Below are positions 12,101 through 25,763 of a DNA stretch of 64,000 nucleotides, piece by piece. Source of the stretch: Ginglymostoma cirratum (Eukaryota); assembly GCA_024137785.1 (NCBI GenBank), contig JAHRHZ010000070.1, positions 1,501,296-1,565,295 on the forward strand. The letters are read 5' to 3'. The notes under the pieces were generated by a model. The model saw only the letters and a program-made list of their open reading frames with translations, did not search any database and was not told where the DNA came from. How positions within the stretch are numbered: the stretch's first letter is position 1; every line of letters begins with the position of its first letter. A program made the translations under genes and the position numbers.

Positions 12101-14019
12101 AAATTATCAGCTGTGATACCTTCCAGGAATGAATAGCTGGCCAATACTCACTGTCAAGGTTCAGACGTGAATAAAGGCCTCTCGAGCAAGGTATTGGAGG
12201 GCAGCTGGTTCCCAAAAGATCTGCAGCCCAGTGAGAGGAAATATCTGGTGGGAATGGGGAGACAAAATTGGGAAAATAAAAAGTTTTAAATAAAAAAGAA
12301 GTGTCTAATTTCAGACTGTACATTCACTCTCTGATAATAAAACTGGTTTGAGTCAATATTATTGCCTTCAAAGGGATGATCTGTTTTACTGTATGTAATG
12401 ATCCTTATAGGAATGTTAAAAGCAGCACAGTTCATAGAGGATCCGAAGTTCATAGATTAATAAATTTTTTCCCTTGATGCATACAGTAGTAAAGGCTCCA
12501 AAAGTCCTTCAGCACCCTATCCATGTAACCACATGTGTCTGTTAACCTTTTTCACCTTCATGCCTCTCTCAATGCACCAGCAAACTCATCAAGGATCAGA
12601 GGTTAAACCTGTGTCCGTGTGTGTTATGATCTGCCTGTACTGCATGCAAAACAAAACTTTTGACAGTACTTGGGTACATGTGACAACAATAAATCAAACC
12701 AACTTTGATTTAAGTTTCAACTGCAAGGGTTTTGCTTATGTTTATATCATGGAGTGTTATCACACTCAATGGCCATAAGTATGTCATGAAGCTGAGAAAA
12801 ATATAATTATAATATTTTTAATAATTAATTAAGAGCCAACAATTGTCTTGATCACAACTGGAGCATGGCAGTGAGTGCAAGTGCATTTCACTAAACTGGT
12901 TGAACACTATACAGTATCAGTCTCCCCCTCTCTCAGCACATCCATGTGCAGATATATATCACTTCTACAGTATTATTGTCTACTGACTATGTCCGATGCC
13001 CTTCAACAATCACTCCTAGCCAACATGCCTTGTAGACACCTCACCAAGAACATGGGCTGCTGACTGGCATTGAAGATAACTTTACGTGCCCAGTGCTAGC
13101 AGCAGGAAAGGGTGGGTGATAGCTCCATAGCTACCATTAGATAGCCATTTGTTTTACTCATTGTTGCTCCTGGCAAGGGACAAAACATGGGTCAGCTGGT
13201 GCCCTATGCCTCCTGGAGCAAGACTGCAATGCAATGGGACATCAGTGCAGGTCAGGACACTGCCCCTTCAGCTGATTACTTCTGAGGGTCCCCCCATCCC
13301 TGAATGATGCCAAAATGCTGCTGAGGCTGTTGACTGGCCTCAACCTCACTGGATTAGCTTACCCTTAAAATGTACAGTGCAAATCAAAAGTAAAACGGAT
13401 GGCCTCTCATTTCAGCAATAAACACACAAATGATGCTACTCCAGCACAGTTTTACAATGTGTTAATGCTTTAATTAAAAAGAAACATTCACTTACCATAG
13501 ATATGTTAAATTTGTGTTGTGTTTCTCTGCATGTTTGTACAACATACATATGTATGTGGATATATATATATGTGCAACTAAGTACTTACGTGTAACTCAT
13601 ATATATATCATGCATTATACATTGTGACTAGTAACAGCAGTGTGACTGACAGGGGAGACAATCGGCCCCCTGTCTACAATTTCAGGCCTGTACTGTTCAG
13701 CTAGATCTGTGTGATCTTGTCATCAGTAACTGCCCCATTTTGGGCATGCATATATGGTGTCTCGCTGTGTTGTACCTGTAAAATCACACGAATTACCCAA
13801 GCCAAGATACCTATAAATCTTCCTCACAGAGCACTTTCTGTGAAAAGAAATAGAAAACAGTTGGATCCCCAGCTTTAACTTTGACAGGTTCCTACCACAT
13901 CCATAGTAAATGTCTCCTCATCCAGACAATGAACTCCCATCTATACCTGGCTGCATTGGCCTTGAATTCCTCAATATACAAGCATCTGTCAAAGGCCTAC
14001 TGATTGAATTTTCTACCTA

Positions 14020-14345
14020 ATGCAAAGCTGGATCATTTGGATATAGTCTCAGTTTTGACTCCCGGTCTGTCCTGAGTTAACTGAACTCAAACAAGGCTGG
14101 TTGAATATCCCACAAACTATCCTCTCATTCTACGGCTGGAGGAGGAATGCAAAGTCAGGCTTTTTACGCTGTGCATTTTTGAACATTGGGTTAGATGGGT
14201 GCAGGTTTAGTTGTGGTGGCCTCCAATACTAGGATAGCCCACTGGAACAGCATTTAGGCTCATATTTGAGGAAAGTTTGATTGTTGAATGTACCTACTAC
14301 TTCTGCAGAGCCATGTTTGCAATGGGCTCTGTGGCAAGTGTCCTC
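14020..14345 (+). mobile_element. Ancient, very degenerate SINE-like family (related pieces at about 4140-4290, 9770-10030 and 11040-11270)
   Basis: Shared decayed motif ggtctgt.ctgagttaactga / ctgtctgcactaagttaacca after a B-box-like ttcaa. Family assignment is uncertain. Confidence 0.35.
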
Positions 14346-15099
14346 CTAGCTCTGAGGAACTAGAACAGAGTCTTTGCAGTCACTAGCTTTGTGAACTAAA
14401 ATCTGCTGCTCAAACAGATAGTTGCAATTAAGACAAACAGAAAGTGCTGGAGAAACTCAGCATCTGTAGAAAGAGAAGCCCTTTTCGTTTGTGTTTCAGA
14501 TTTCCAGCAGCTGCCCTTATTTCCTTACATTTCAGTGGTTGCTACTAATGTTACAATGTGGGAGTCTCAATGCATGGCTTTACAATCACTATGTACTATG
14601 TATCGATTATGTGACTAAATTATTTCAATCAAATCCATAGAAAAATCGACTTTTTTTTCAAAAACAAAGAAGGGGCATCTTTTCAGCCCTGGTTTCATGG
14701 GATATTTCATTGGAATCTATCCTGGGAAGAGTGTGTTAAAATTTAATAACTGTACAAAAAGGATACTGCTTCCGGATAACTGTAAATTTACACAGTAACC
14801 TCCCAAATGTTTCCCATGAATTAGAAATTTAAATCAAGAAGTCAGAAGATGTGAGAAATGGAAAATGCCCCATTGGTATGGAAGATTTGCTAGCTTAATG
14901 TACCTGGTGAAAATCTCTCTTCCTGGTTGCAGTGCGATGGACACAAGATCCACTTCAAAATGCAGCACATGCCCCAGTAATATTCATAGGAGTTCTCCCA
15001 GTGACCCCCAATTTACTCTTTCCAAACAATAAGCAGAGATACCAGAGAAGTTGTCTAAAAAGCTGCTTACACCAACCCACTAGGAATCCACTAGTTACA

Positions 15100-15805
15100 G
15101 TCAGAGTTAGAATCATACAGCATGGAAACAAACCATGCCGACCATATTCCCAAACTAAACTAGTCTCACTTGCCTCAGTTTGGCCAATATCCCTCTAAAC
15201 CTTTCCTATTCATGTACGTACCCAAATGTCTTTTAAATGTTGCAGCTGTACCTGAATCTACCACTTCCTCTGGCAGTTCATGCCACACTTGAATGACTCT
15301 CTGTGTATAAAAAGTTGCCCTTCATGTCCTTATTAAGACTTGTTCCTCTCACCTAAAAAATATGCTCGCTAGTTTTGAACTCCTACATGTGGGGAAAAGA
15401 CCCTTGCTTCATGTATGCCCATCATGATTTTATATAACATTATAAGCTCAGCCCTCAACCTATTACACTCCAGTGAAAAATGTCCCAGCTTATCCATCCT
15501 ACTTTTATAACTGAAATCCTCCATTCCTGGCAACATGCCGGTAAATATTTCTTGAGCTCCCTCAAATTTAATAATATCCTTTCTATAGCAGGGTGACCAG
15601 AACTACACAAAGTACTCCAGAAGATGCCTCATCAATGCCCTGTACAACCTCAACATGAAGTCCCAAAGCCTGTACTCAAATGTCTGAGTAATGAAGGCCA
15701 GCATGCCAAATGCCTTCTTAACCACCCTGTCTACCTGCGATGCAAATTTCAAAAAATTATGTACCTGAACCACTAGGTCTCCCTGTCCTACTGCTAAACC
15801 CTTGC
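15100..15805 (-). mobile_element. CR1 LINE 3' fragment
   Basis: ORF 15603..16022 contains VQVHNFLKFASQVDRVVKKAFGMLAFI...EYR...MLRLYRALMRHLLEY, typical of CR1 ORF2. The 3' UTR lies toward 15100. Confidence 0.9.
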
Positions 15806-16564
15806 AGTAATTCCATCCCATTGTCCAAAGTGATGATCCAGTGAAGTGAGGAAGGAAGTGCCACACTGTCAAAAGTGTCATCCTTTGACTGAGATGATAA
15901 ACCAGAGTACTACTTAAGATAATGCAGCAGTACCTAAGGGGCCCCAGGTATGGTTGTACATTCAACTGACTATGCCTGTCACTGGTGTTTGTTAGAGCTC
16001 CTACATGCATAATGACCTCCACATCCCCTTTTTGTTCTAATAGCTACAGAACTTCAAGATAAGCTGTTGAAAATGAAATGTTTTGAAACTGTGTTATAGG
16101 ATTACAAGTCTCTGATATTTCGGTGACCACAAAACAATAACAGATTAATTCTAATTTTAAAAATTAAACAGGTAAACCCATCTTTACAAGTACTTTACAA
16201 ACTGGAAACAATGTAGATTTGCAAGTTTTAATGCAAATTTAGCATCTTACACAGTACTTTTGCAGATTATATCAATGCATATTATGAAATACTCAGCATT
16301 GCTGGCCCTTGTTTAGTTTCCTGTCCAGTGTGTATGCCTTTTAAAAACATCCATTTTCATATCAATGTTGGTGGAGAATTACATTCAACAAAAAAGATAT
16401 AATTCAGCCCTTTTGAATGGATTACCTAATTTGTATTGTGCACCTGTTCTTTTTCCCCTTAGCTCCTATAAATTTTCCCCCTTTGGTATTTATCCAATCC
16501 TTTTAAAATTAACTCTTGAATCTGCTTCCTCTGGTTTTTTTTTCAGGTTGGCTGTCCCAAATTA

Positions 16565-16990
16565 GTTGTAGTTCACTTAGCAGCCCTCTTGTCTCAAACT
16601 CACAAGTTATAGGTTCAAGCCCCATTCCAGCACATTCATATAAAAAGTGACGCTGACACTCTGGTGCAGTACTAAGAGAGGCATGTACGGTCAGAGATGC
16701 TAAACTGAGGTCATGTCTGCCAACTCAGGTGAATGGACACAATGATGTAGCACTATTTTCAAGAAGCACAGGGGAGTTATCCCTCCCATCCTAATTAATA
16801 TTTATTCTTGAACACCATAAAAACTGCTCAGGTCATCACTGTCACATTGCGGTTTTGGATTCTTGCTGTGTAAAGGCTGACTGCCATGTTTCCTGACTTA
16901 GAACCGTGACTACAATTCTAAAATACTTCATTGGCTGTAACATGCCTTGCGATATTCTGTGCTAATGAAAGGTGCTATATAAAGTTAACC
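16565..16990 (+). mobile_element. Deu-domain SINE (SacSINE1/AmnSINE1-like) with an L2-type tail
   Basis: tRNA-like head (ggttcaagcccc), gctgacactctggtgcagtact, acaggggagttatcc and cacattgc..tggattcttgctgtg, with tail tgaaaggtgctatataaa. It is inserted in a degenerate minus-strand CR1 remnant (about 16400-17260). Partial copies lie at about 3040-3235 and 50740-50950. Confidence 0.7.
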
Positions 16991-17269
16991 CTTTTTTGTT
17001 TATGACAACTCTGAATAAACAGGTCTATCATTTGGTTCTTCTGCATACCAACTTATTCTGGAAGTAATCTCCCCTCGCAAACACAAACAAAGTCCTTCAT
17101 AGTTTGAGCACCTCAATTAAGTCACCCTTTAACCTTTCCAGCTCTGAGGAATACATTCCCATCTTCTCTGACCTTTCCAAGTAACTAATGGCCTGTACCC
17201 CGAATACCTGTCAAGCTAATCTCCTCTGCACCTTATCTGAAGTATTGATAGCCTTCTTTAGTTGGAGAA

Positions 17270-17480
17270 CATGGTAGTGTCATGGTTATGTCCCTGTGTA
17301 GCCAACCCAGAGGCTCAGGATCAATTCTCTGGGGACATGGGTTCAAATCCCACCAGGGCAGCTGTTGGAATTTGATTTCAAATGATAAATCTAGAGTGTG
17401 ATGATGATGATATCAATGGTCATAAAACCCTATCTGGTTCACTAATATCTTTTAGGCAAGATAAGCTGTCATCCTTATCT
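17270..17480 (+). mobile_element. Same tRNA-SINE family, 5' half; host of the Penelope-like hairpin
   Basis: ggggacatgggttcaaatcccaccagggcagctg...aaaaccctatctggttcactaat. Confidence 0.7.
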
Positions 17481-17702
17481 AGATAGCAAGGTGTAGAGCT
17501 GATGAACACAGCAGGCTAAGCAGCAACAGAGGAGCAGGAAGGCTGATGTTTCGGGCCTAGACCCAATTTTCTGAAGAAGGGTCTAGGCCTGAAACGTCAG
17601 CCTTCCTGCTCCTCTGATGCTGCTTGGCCTGCTGTGTTCATTCAGCTCTACACCTTGTTATCTCAGATTCTCCAGCATCTGCAGTTCCTACTATCTCTGA
17701 AA
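17481..17702 (+). mobile_element. Penelope-like fold-back insertion with a minimal hammerhead ribozyme core and a target-site duplication
   Basis: Inverted arms at 17481-17564 and 17579-17663. CTGAAGA-AGGGTCTAGGCCT-GAAA-CGTC at 17571-17598. Flanking duplication CATCC(T/G)TATCTAGAT at 17470-17484 and 17703-17717. Confidence 0.8.
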
Positions 17703-17814
17703 CATCCGTATCTAGATGTTCCTCTGCAAAGTGGTTCAGGTTTAGCTGTTCCAAGAAATGCCATGCACTTCATAACGGATGGACAACAAAAGAATAAAGA
17801 CAAGTTGTAGGAGC

Positions 17815-17927
17815 AAATTACTGAAATCTGTACTGAAAGCAACAAATGCTGGAGATCACAGCAGGTCGGACAGCATCAATTGAGAGTTAGCAAGCTACTG
17901 GTTTCTAGTCTAGATGACTCTTCATCC
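17815..17927 (-). mobile_element. Related Penelope-like terminal fragment with a degenerate hammerhead
   Basis: aatgctggagatcacagcaggtcggacagcatc family motif. Minus strand GATGA-AGAGTCATCTAGACTA-GAAA is a decayed core. Confidence 0.55.
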
Positions 17928-18090
17928 AATAGCTGTGTTGGCCTGAAAAAGATTCCACACCAACAACACATGCAGCCAACAGCAGCATGAACTGGAGAGC
18001 AGGCACTGCAGGTTAGTGATAGGGAAGTGTGTAGTATTGATAAGTGTGAAATGATTATCATTTACTTGCCAGCTCTGTGTTCTTTCTTAC

Positions 18091-18176
18091 CTATTGTGTG
18101 GCCTGGTGCAGCGACTGCTGTGGCGGGCCCATCCGGTGAGGGATGAAAAGGCTGTTGCACTTTGGTCCGAATGATC
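18091..18176 (-). CDS. PAX2: Pax2 exon 4 ([28 protein letters not shown])
   Basis: Acceptor tttgtttgcag|G and donor G|gtaaga; 86 nt. [14 protein letters not shown]......PGHTI is Pax2-type. Confidence 0.96.
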
Positions 18177-21100
18177 CTGCAAACAAACCATGAAATCACA
18201 TCAATTCACCTCAATGATCAGGGCGACTGACTCTACCTGGTCACGTCTAATCTAGCTGTCTCGCGTGTAAGGCAGCCCGGGCTCCCCAGGCAGAACTCCC
18301 AGAGTCAGAGCTGCGTGAGGTGCCTAGACCTGCTGAAAAAGGATGTGATTTAATTGATCTGCGGCTGCAGAAAAGTTGGGAATTAGTTGCAAGGCCAGTA
18401 ATGCAAATGGAAAGCCATAAATTATTTGTGACAGGAATGCAATAGTTCTGTAATGCTGCTTGCAAGCCGTTCTCCCATCGTCTGTACTAATGACACTTTG
18501 AAAGGGGCTCACTCCCGAGGCATTTTAAACTGGGTCTGCGCGTTCCGCGCTGAGCAAATGTTATCGTTTGAGCGAAGGCAAGGCGAGTAAAGGGGGAGAA
18601 AAGCTATATTTATGGAGAGATTTATTCCAACAACGAGATTTACAACAAAGGCTCTGTCTAAAAAAAAACGCTAACTTCTCGCAGATTTAAAACAGTTGCG
18701 GTTAATAGATTAAAAAGGCGAAAAAAATTAAAATGTTCGACGTGCCCCCTTAACGTCTCTCAGCTCAATTAAATAGTTTGGGGGTCTGCAAATTATTTAA
18801 CGCAGGAGGGATAAGGTTTTTTTAAAAATATATAATGTAGATGGTCTTTTTGCTTGTCTTTTCACCTCACTTCTTTCATTTGATATTTACTCTCCCCGTC
18901 CCCAACTGCCCCGGAGCTTAATCCTCACTTTAAGCCTCCCGCTGCAAGAATGATGAATGTCTTCCAGGTCTGGTCGACTATGGGAGGATTCACGGCTCTG
19001 TCCCTCTACTTCACAGGATCTGTGTGTGTGTGTTTTGGAAGAAAGGGGCAACTTTAACCTGATAACCCAACCCGGAGTCTTGCCTACACAAGTCATCCAA
19101 ACCTACTCTACCCTCAGCCTTAGCAGTTACCCTGGAGATGTGCAGAGCCATCACAACAGACTGTGGGATTTTCCCCTCTCTTGCGTCGAGCGTTTTAGCA
19201 GGCGAGTCTGCTTTAGGTAATTCTTAAGACTGCCTTTACCACCCAGCCCCCGCCTCCATGTTATTGCCTGACCTCTAACACTTGGGATCCCTGGTAGGAG
19301 TTCATATAAAAGAGTCGATATACATCACACACTCATTGATTTTAATGGCCACAAGATCGCCCACAATCTCCGTGGTAATGTCCTTGGGGTTACACGACAA
19401 AAGCTACAGGACTTATCAAAAAAAAACATGTATCAATATTTGATTTGGATTCCCAAATTCCACCATAACTGTTATTTGACCTATTGACTTGCGCCAGCCA
19501 CATAAATTCAGCGACTTTATTCGGAATCCATGTCCTGGATATTGAATAAGCAATTTAGGAGGGCGAATTAATGAGTTGGCCGTTGCGGAAAATTCCCTGA
19601 AGAAATATTAAAATTGCTTTGAGTCGGAATCAATAAGCATCGAAAGGAGGGCTTGGATTTTTTTTTAATGACCACCAGCCGTTTGCTTCTTATTCCTGAC
19701 TGCAATGTAACAACAGAGTAAAGCCTTGTCGAGTTGTAATCTTTAAAAATTCATGCAAGGACAGCGTTTAGCTACAAAGTGGACTTGCCAATGTAATGAT
19801 CTGAGATAATCGTTGTATATTGAATTAAAAGGCAACTCGGCAAAGCAACGCCCTTTTATTAAGACGGGAAAGGGGGAAAATTCATTTAATTGTTTCTTTT
19901 CTGGATTCGAATTTTTTTTTGTCACACCAGTTCTCGCAGCCAACACGATTTCTTCCCACTTCACCTCCGGTTTATTTGAAAATGAAAACTTTTACCAACA
20001 TGCTGTAATGCAATTAATCCACACAAATTGCCCTTGTGAGAGATCGTACTGCCATGCAATTTTTTTTTTTGAAAGACCCTGTTTTAATGTTAAACACGCT
20101 TCCTTTAAATACTGTGTGGAATAGCTACCAGCGATCGGGTAAAATGTGTCGCGGGTGGCAACAGTAGCGAACACAGACCGGGGAAAGCTCATATCCGTAG
20201 CCCAGCGTTCCAACACACTCACAAAATCCGCCTCTTCATCCCCCCACCCCGAATATCACAGGTTGTTATTTTCAACCAAGAACTATCTTTCATTTCTCAA
20301 CCTCTCTCTCTAATCAATGAATGCAATCTGACTCTGATCGTTTGGAAATTTAAAAAAAGAGAAGGGAGGAGAGCAGAATGCAATGTTTTGTAAATATTGC
20401 GGGGCTGGGCTACATGTTTGGCGGCCGATAGCGAGGTCAGTCCGGCGGAGAGGAAGAACGAACGTCCCACTCGGCCGGCAAAGGCGGGGGCACGTTTGGC
20501 TGGTAAATCTCACTCTCAAATCAGGAGAATCCCCTCCCTTTGAAATAACAGCGAACCGCTGTTTGAAACACCTGTTAGACATCGGAAAAGTGCTACTTCC
20601 AGAGGTAGCAAGGCAGCCTCTGCACACAAAATAAAAACTGACTTTAATCGAGTTACAGCCGAGTTATTATTGGTCACGGCATGAGATGGGTGCAGATAAA
20701 TAAACCCTTTCCAGATACTGGCATCGAAGTAATGCTGCCGTGTTCTCCCCACCAAGGATCTAAGATGTTGTAGAGGATGCATTTTTTAGTCTCCTCTCTA
20801 ATTTCTACCTGCACTCGCCCTGGATGTATCCATACAGAAGTACACCCCTCCCCCCAAAAAAAAATCAACATGCGCGCCTGATCCCGCTCCCTTCAAGATG
20901 GTTGTGTGGGGAGTTGATAAATTAGAGGCGTTACATAAATGCCATACAATTGCGTGGCTCAATTTTGTTTTAAAAGCAGAAAATTTAAAATGCTTGTTTT
21001 ATCTTTTGTTTTCCTCTTCGCGTATCTCTGAAATATAGAGTTTTTTCCCCACCATAAATTCTCATTCTAATGATACAAAATCAGAACACACCGAAGGGAA

Positions 21101-22885
21101 CACGGTCGGCTCAGCACCGGGAATTAATGATAACAGTGAGTGTTATTATCGGGGAAAGGTAACGGGCATTACATGTTGGCGGGAGTGGAACACAGAACAA
21201 TTCTGGGGAAGCTTTCTAAATACAGTTTGTCAGTGAGAGGCTCCTCTTAACTGTGCAGTCTCAACATTTTAGGGATTTGAGCGGCTGAAGCACACTGACA
21301 TACTGGGGCGAATTACGAGAGGCTGCGGAATAAGTTTAAGAAAATCTCATTTTTTTTTAGCAAAATGCATAAACAAGGGTTGTCAGTTTGTTCAGCGTTT
21401 CAGGGGAACAGTCCACTTCAGTACCGGCATGTGTGTGCCTGTGTGTTCAGGTAAGACTGCAGATGTAGAGGTGCGGTTTCATATAGCTGGACCTCAGTGA
21501 ACTTAGACAAAGTGCGCATTCACAGAGCCAGCCAGCTCCATTTACTTATAAAGAGCTTTTGCATTCCTCCCAGATTTCAGAACCGCTAACCTGGACTGAG
21601 CAAAACTTCATTAAGCGTCGGAAAATTAACAAGATAAAAGAAAGAGAGCATGAGCGAGAGAGAGTGAGAAGAGAGAAAATAAACAGAAGTCAAGCAGTGA
21701 AGAGAGTGGAAAGACGCACACCGAAAAAAAAACAATATAAAGGTCCAAGGGATCGTGTACAATGATTTTTTTTGTTTCTCTGTACAATAAGTTTTCAACT
21801 TGTCCAACTAATAACAATAATTAATCGACCTGACTTATATAGTGCGCCTTTGAGAAGCGTCTTCTGTGAATTCTAATTAAAATTCTCACTCTCCTTGCAA
21901 AGAAATCTGCCCTTGGCTCTGGCTGATTACAACGCTCCCCCTCACCCACGCCGATCGTCCAAACTCTCCTATTTTGTTGCGAAAAAAAATCTGCTCCCCC
22001 CCCAAAAAAAACACAGAACCTCCCCCACCCCGCCCCCGCCAGCCTCTGAGGATTTGAAATGGGCTCTCTCTCCCCACTTTCCGCTCTTCCCTCCAGCAAA
22101 ACTCAGGGGGTTTCAGTAGAAGCACCGCCCAGGCTGTAATCTTTAAATCAATGGCATTATAGAGCCTCCCTAATAGTTTACATTTCCACCAATTTGCAAT
22201 TACATTAAACAGCGAAAAAGGGCAGTGCATCCGGGTCTTGTTCACCTGCCCTTCATTGATATAGCCGCCTGTTTCATTATGATCCCAGGTGAGTTCAGAA
22301 GGGAGACCGCCGCCTCTGATATAGATTTACTATGTTCCCATTAGGAGCCCATGTTTCAGAGTGATACAAAAATGTGGTTAGCTGATTGTATGTATTTCCA
22401 GATTGGTATTTCTATATTGATATATTGTTTAAACAGATACTGTTCCTGAGCTCCTTTGAGTTAGGAACTGATATTTCTTTAACTCTCTGGACAGAACATT
22501 TCGTCCTTTCTGACTATATCAATGAGGCAGATTACTGCACCCCGTCTTATATCTTACAAAATTAAAGTTTAATTTTTCTTGATGTAGACAGCCTCCACTG
22601 TCTTTCTCTCGCCCCGTGCCCCCGCTTTTCCAAATGTCCTGCTCAGCCCGATCTACATTTATAGCGGCAAGCGCTTTAGTCAAATACTTCGTCACTTGCC
22701 TGAACTTATTGTGAGGTTAATAGTTGCGATTGAAAACGATTGTTACTCTCAGTGAAACAGACCTACTTTCAGACTTATCGTTCTAACTAGAGATAACGGC
22801 TGAGCGTTGAAACCTGGTTAGCTGTTCATTCTCTCTGTTTATTCCTGACCCTTTTCAGCATTATAAATGAAGACTTGCTATTTTA

Positions 22886-23194
<309 letters not shown>

Positions 23195-25763
23195 TCATTC
23201 CCGCACCGCTATGGAGTTCCCGCAATCAACAAGGATTTGCATTAGATTAAACACGGATATTAATTACACAATTGTTCTATCTCTTATTTAATTAAATTTA
23301 GGGAAACGACAACAAAACTCGACGTCACTCGTTATTTACAGCCCCATAAAAGGAATATGGCTATACTGAAACAAAATAAATCAGCGTATGTATGCAAAGG
23401 TATTAACCTGTCTGCGCTACAGTCCTCCCTCCTCTCTAACTACCCGTCAGCTCGCTTAAAGATTAGAAAGCTTTAATACAACCCTATGCGTCATTTTCTT
23501 CTCCTCAACGAGGGACACAGTTTTAGAAAGGTTACAATTAAAATTAAACATTGACGCTGACACTTTGCCTTTGGTGGCGGAGGGGACCGAAGTTTCTGGA
23601 TTGTTCTGCCGACTGTTTTTCCGCCCGAGGGAGCGGGACAGCGGGCAGAAGAGCTGGGAGTGGGAGCTATCTGAACGACTCTCCCAGGCTCTATGCATGT
23701 GTCTGTGTTAAAGCTTGTTTGCTTCTAAGTCGTTGTGTTTCTGTTCACATTATTTGCTTCTAAGTCGTTGTGTTCTGTTTAGGATTCTGAAGTAGGATGG
23801 ACAGTGTAGAAATTGAGAGCCACGATCTAGAGACGATCCCCCCTGCATTATCTGAGACTGAGATCCACAGCCCTCACAGTGAATAATTATTGTCCTTTCA
23901 CCAGTTTTATTTATCCTACTGTTACCTAGCCTAACCTCCTAGCCTCTGTCCGTTTTATGGTAAAGGGTTGTGCAAGCGAAGTAGGTTAGGTTATTAAAAA
24001 AACTGTATCGCATTGTTGGAGTGGGAAAAAATACCATTCGCCTCCCCCTGTTCGATTTGGGCTATAAATCGCAGCTCGATTTGGGCTATAAATTGGGGGG
24101 AGGCGGGTAGTATGGTGGCATGGGGAAGGTCGAATGTAAATAACAATGCAATGCAGATTGCAATTCTAGCGCGGGTTTAACTCAGGATAGATTCGTTCAG
24201 GAATCGGCTTAAACCAGGGAACATTCCAAGCCGACCTGTGCAGCGTGACTGAGATTCAGCACAGGTGGTATTCTCCTCATCAGTGGCCGCATAGTGGGGA
24301 TTCAAAACGTTTCAAGTTCTGAACACACTCCGGGTAAACAAATACCTGTCTTCGGAAAAATACAGAGTCTGGGCACTTATTAATCAGGGGCCACATAAGC
24401 AATGACGAGAGGGGTTAACTTTGTCCCCACCCGCTCCCAGCGCTGTGTATTCCCAAATGGCGCCATCGGATTAGAAATGGTTCCAACACCACAGTAATGT
24501 TTCCACTCCGGGTGTAATACAATCAGTGATTACTGGACACTAAATGCCCAGCGTGATACCAGTAATTTCTAACTTGTGTTTTCTTTATCTCTTCTCTTAT
24601 GTCTCAAAGACTTCTTAGGAAAATTTCAGCTTCCAAATGCAATAACTTTTAGAAAGCAAGTTAAAAAGAAAATTAAAGTGACGAGTCCAAAACAGGAGCT
24701 AGCGCAGTGATTTTTTTTAAAGATTTACACTTTTGAGACTCCTATTTCACCGTCACTCAGATTTCCAAGTCTGGCTTTGTCAAATGGCTCGTTTCACAGT
24801 GAAATATCAGTCGTCACGTATTATTCCGGGCCTAGATTTTAATTTCCAGTTTATTTCAGTGGTATCAAGACATTATTTATTTCAGCTTCTCTTGAATAGC
24901 TGACTTGTTCGGATAACTGCCTGTGAAATGGACATTTCTTAAGTTTCGAAAGAATCTGTTACCTTCTCTTCCACTCCTAAAATAATGGTCAGGGGTTAAA
25001 ATCGCAGGTAGTAGAGTCTTTAAAAAAAAACTCACAAAAAATACAGTCCACCCTCTATTTCCACCTGTTCTACTGAATCTGTGAATATTTGCATAAACCA
25101 CGTCAACCTCGCAGGCCCTGGCAACGAGCTACAAATCCTCCACAGACCGCCCCCTTCCCCCAACACTCTCGTTTTATTCCACTCCTGCTTTGTAAGTGAT
25201 TTCTTCCGTTAGAGGCGGATCAGATCTACTTAAAACTGGAGTGTGTTCGCAATGGGGCGTGCCAGCTCGAAAAATAACGTTCGATTTCGCGTTCAGCTCC
25301 GATTTGGCACATCTTAACTGATGTTTCATCTAGCTACCTTCTTGTCCAGGGAGTGCTTCTCTGTCTTTGTACCTTGTCTGCCTCCTGGATTACCCATATC
25401 ATTTACTCTGAACTGTTGGTAGTGTCGTTACTAGACCCAGTATGCTACTTTGATAAACATTGCCTATATTAGTGTTGTTAAAACAGTTTCTTTTTTGCAA
25501 ATTTCCGCTGCTAATTGATTCAACTTTCGTTGCCAACGGCATTGTAATTAGGGGTGGTGTGAATTTGATCAGTGTAAGTAGGTGGGAGCATAAATTGACT
25601 TTATTGTGTGGGTCCTTTCACCTCTGAGCGCCACTAACCAATTTCTCATACTAGTTCCGGGATCATGTGTTTGGGTAGGTTTATGAATAGTAGTAAACTT
25701 TGTTTCTTTCTTGGCTGCGTTAATTTCTGTTTGCCCCTTGTCTCTGGCAGTATCCCCCCTCAC

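Noticed and set aside
11666-12136. Longest ORF in the track (156 aa)
   Set aside because: It lies in the decayed 3' end of a LINE and has no credible protein features.
17481-17663. miRNA precursor or DNA-transposon MITE
   Set aside because: The arms are a dispersed repeat with an asymmetric extension and a hammerhead core, which fits an inverted Penelope-like terminus better.
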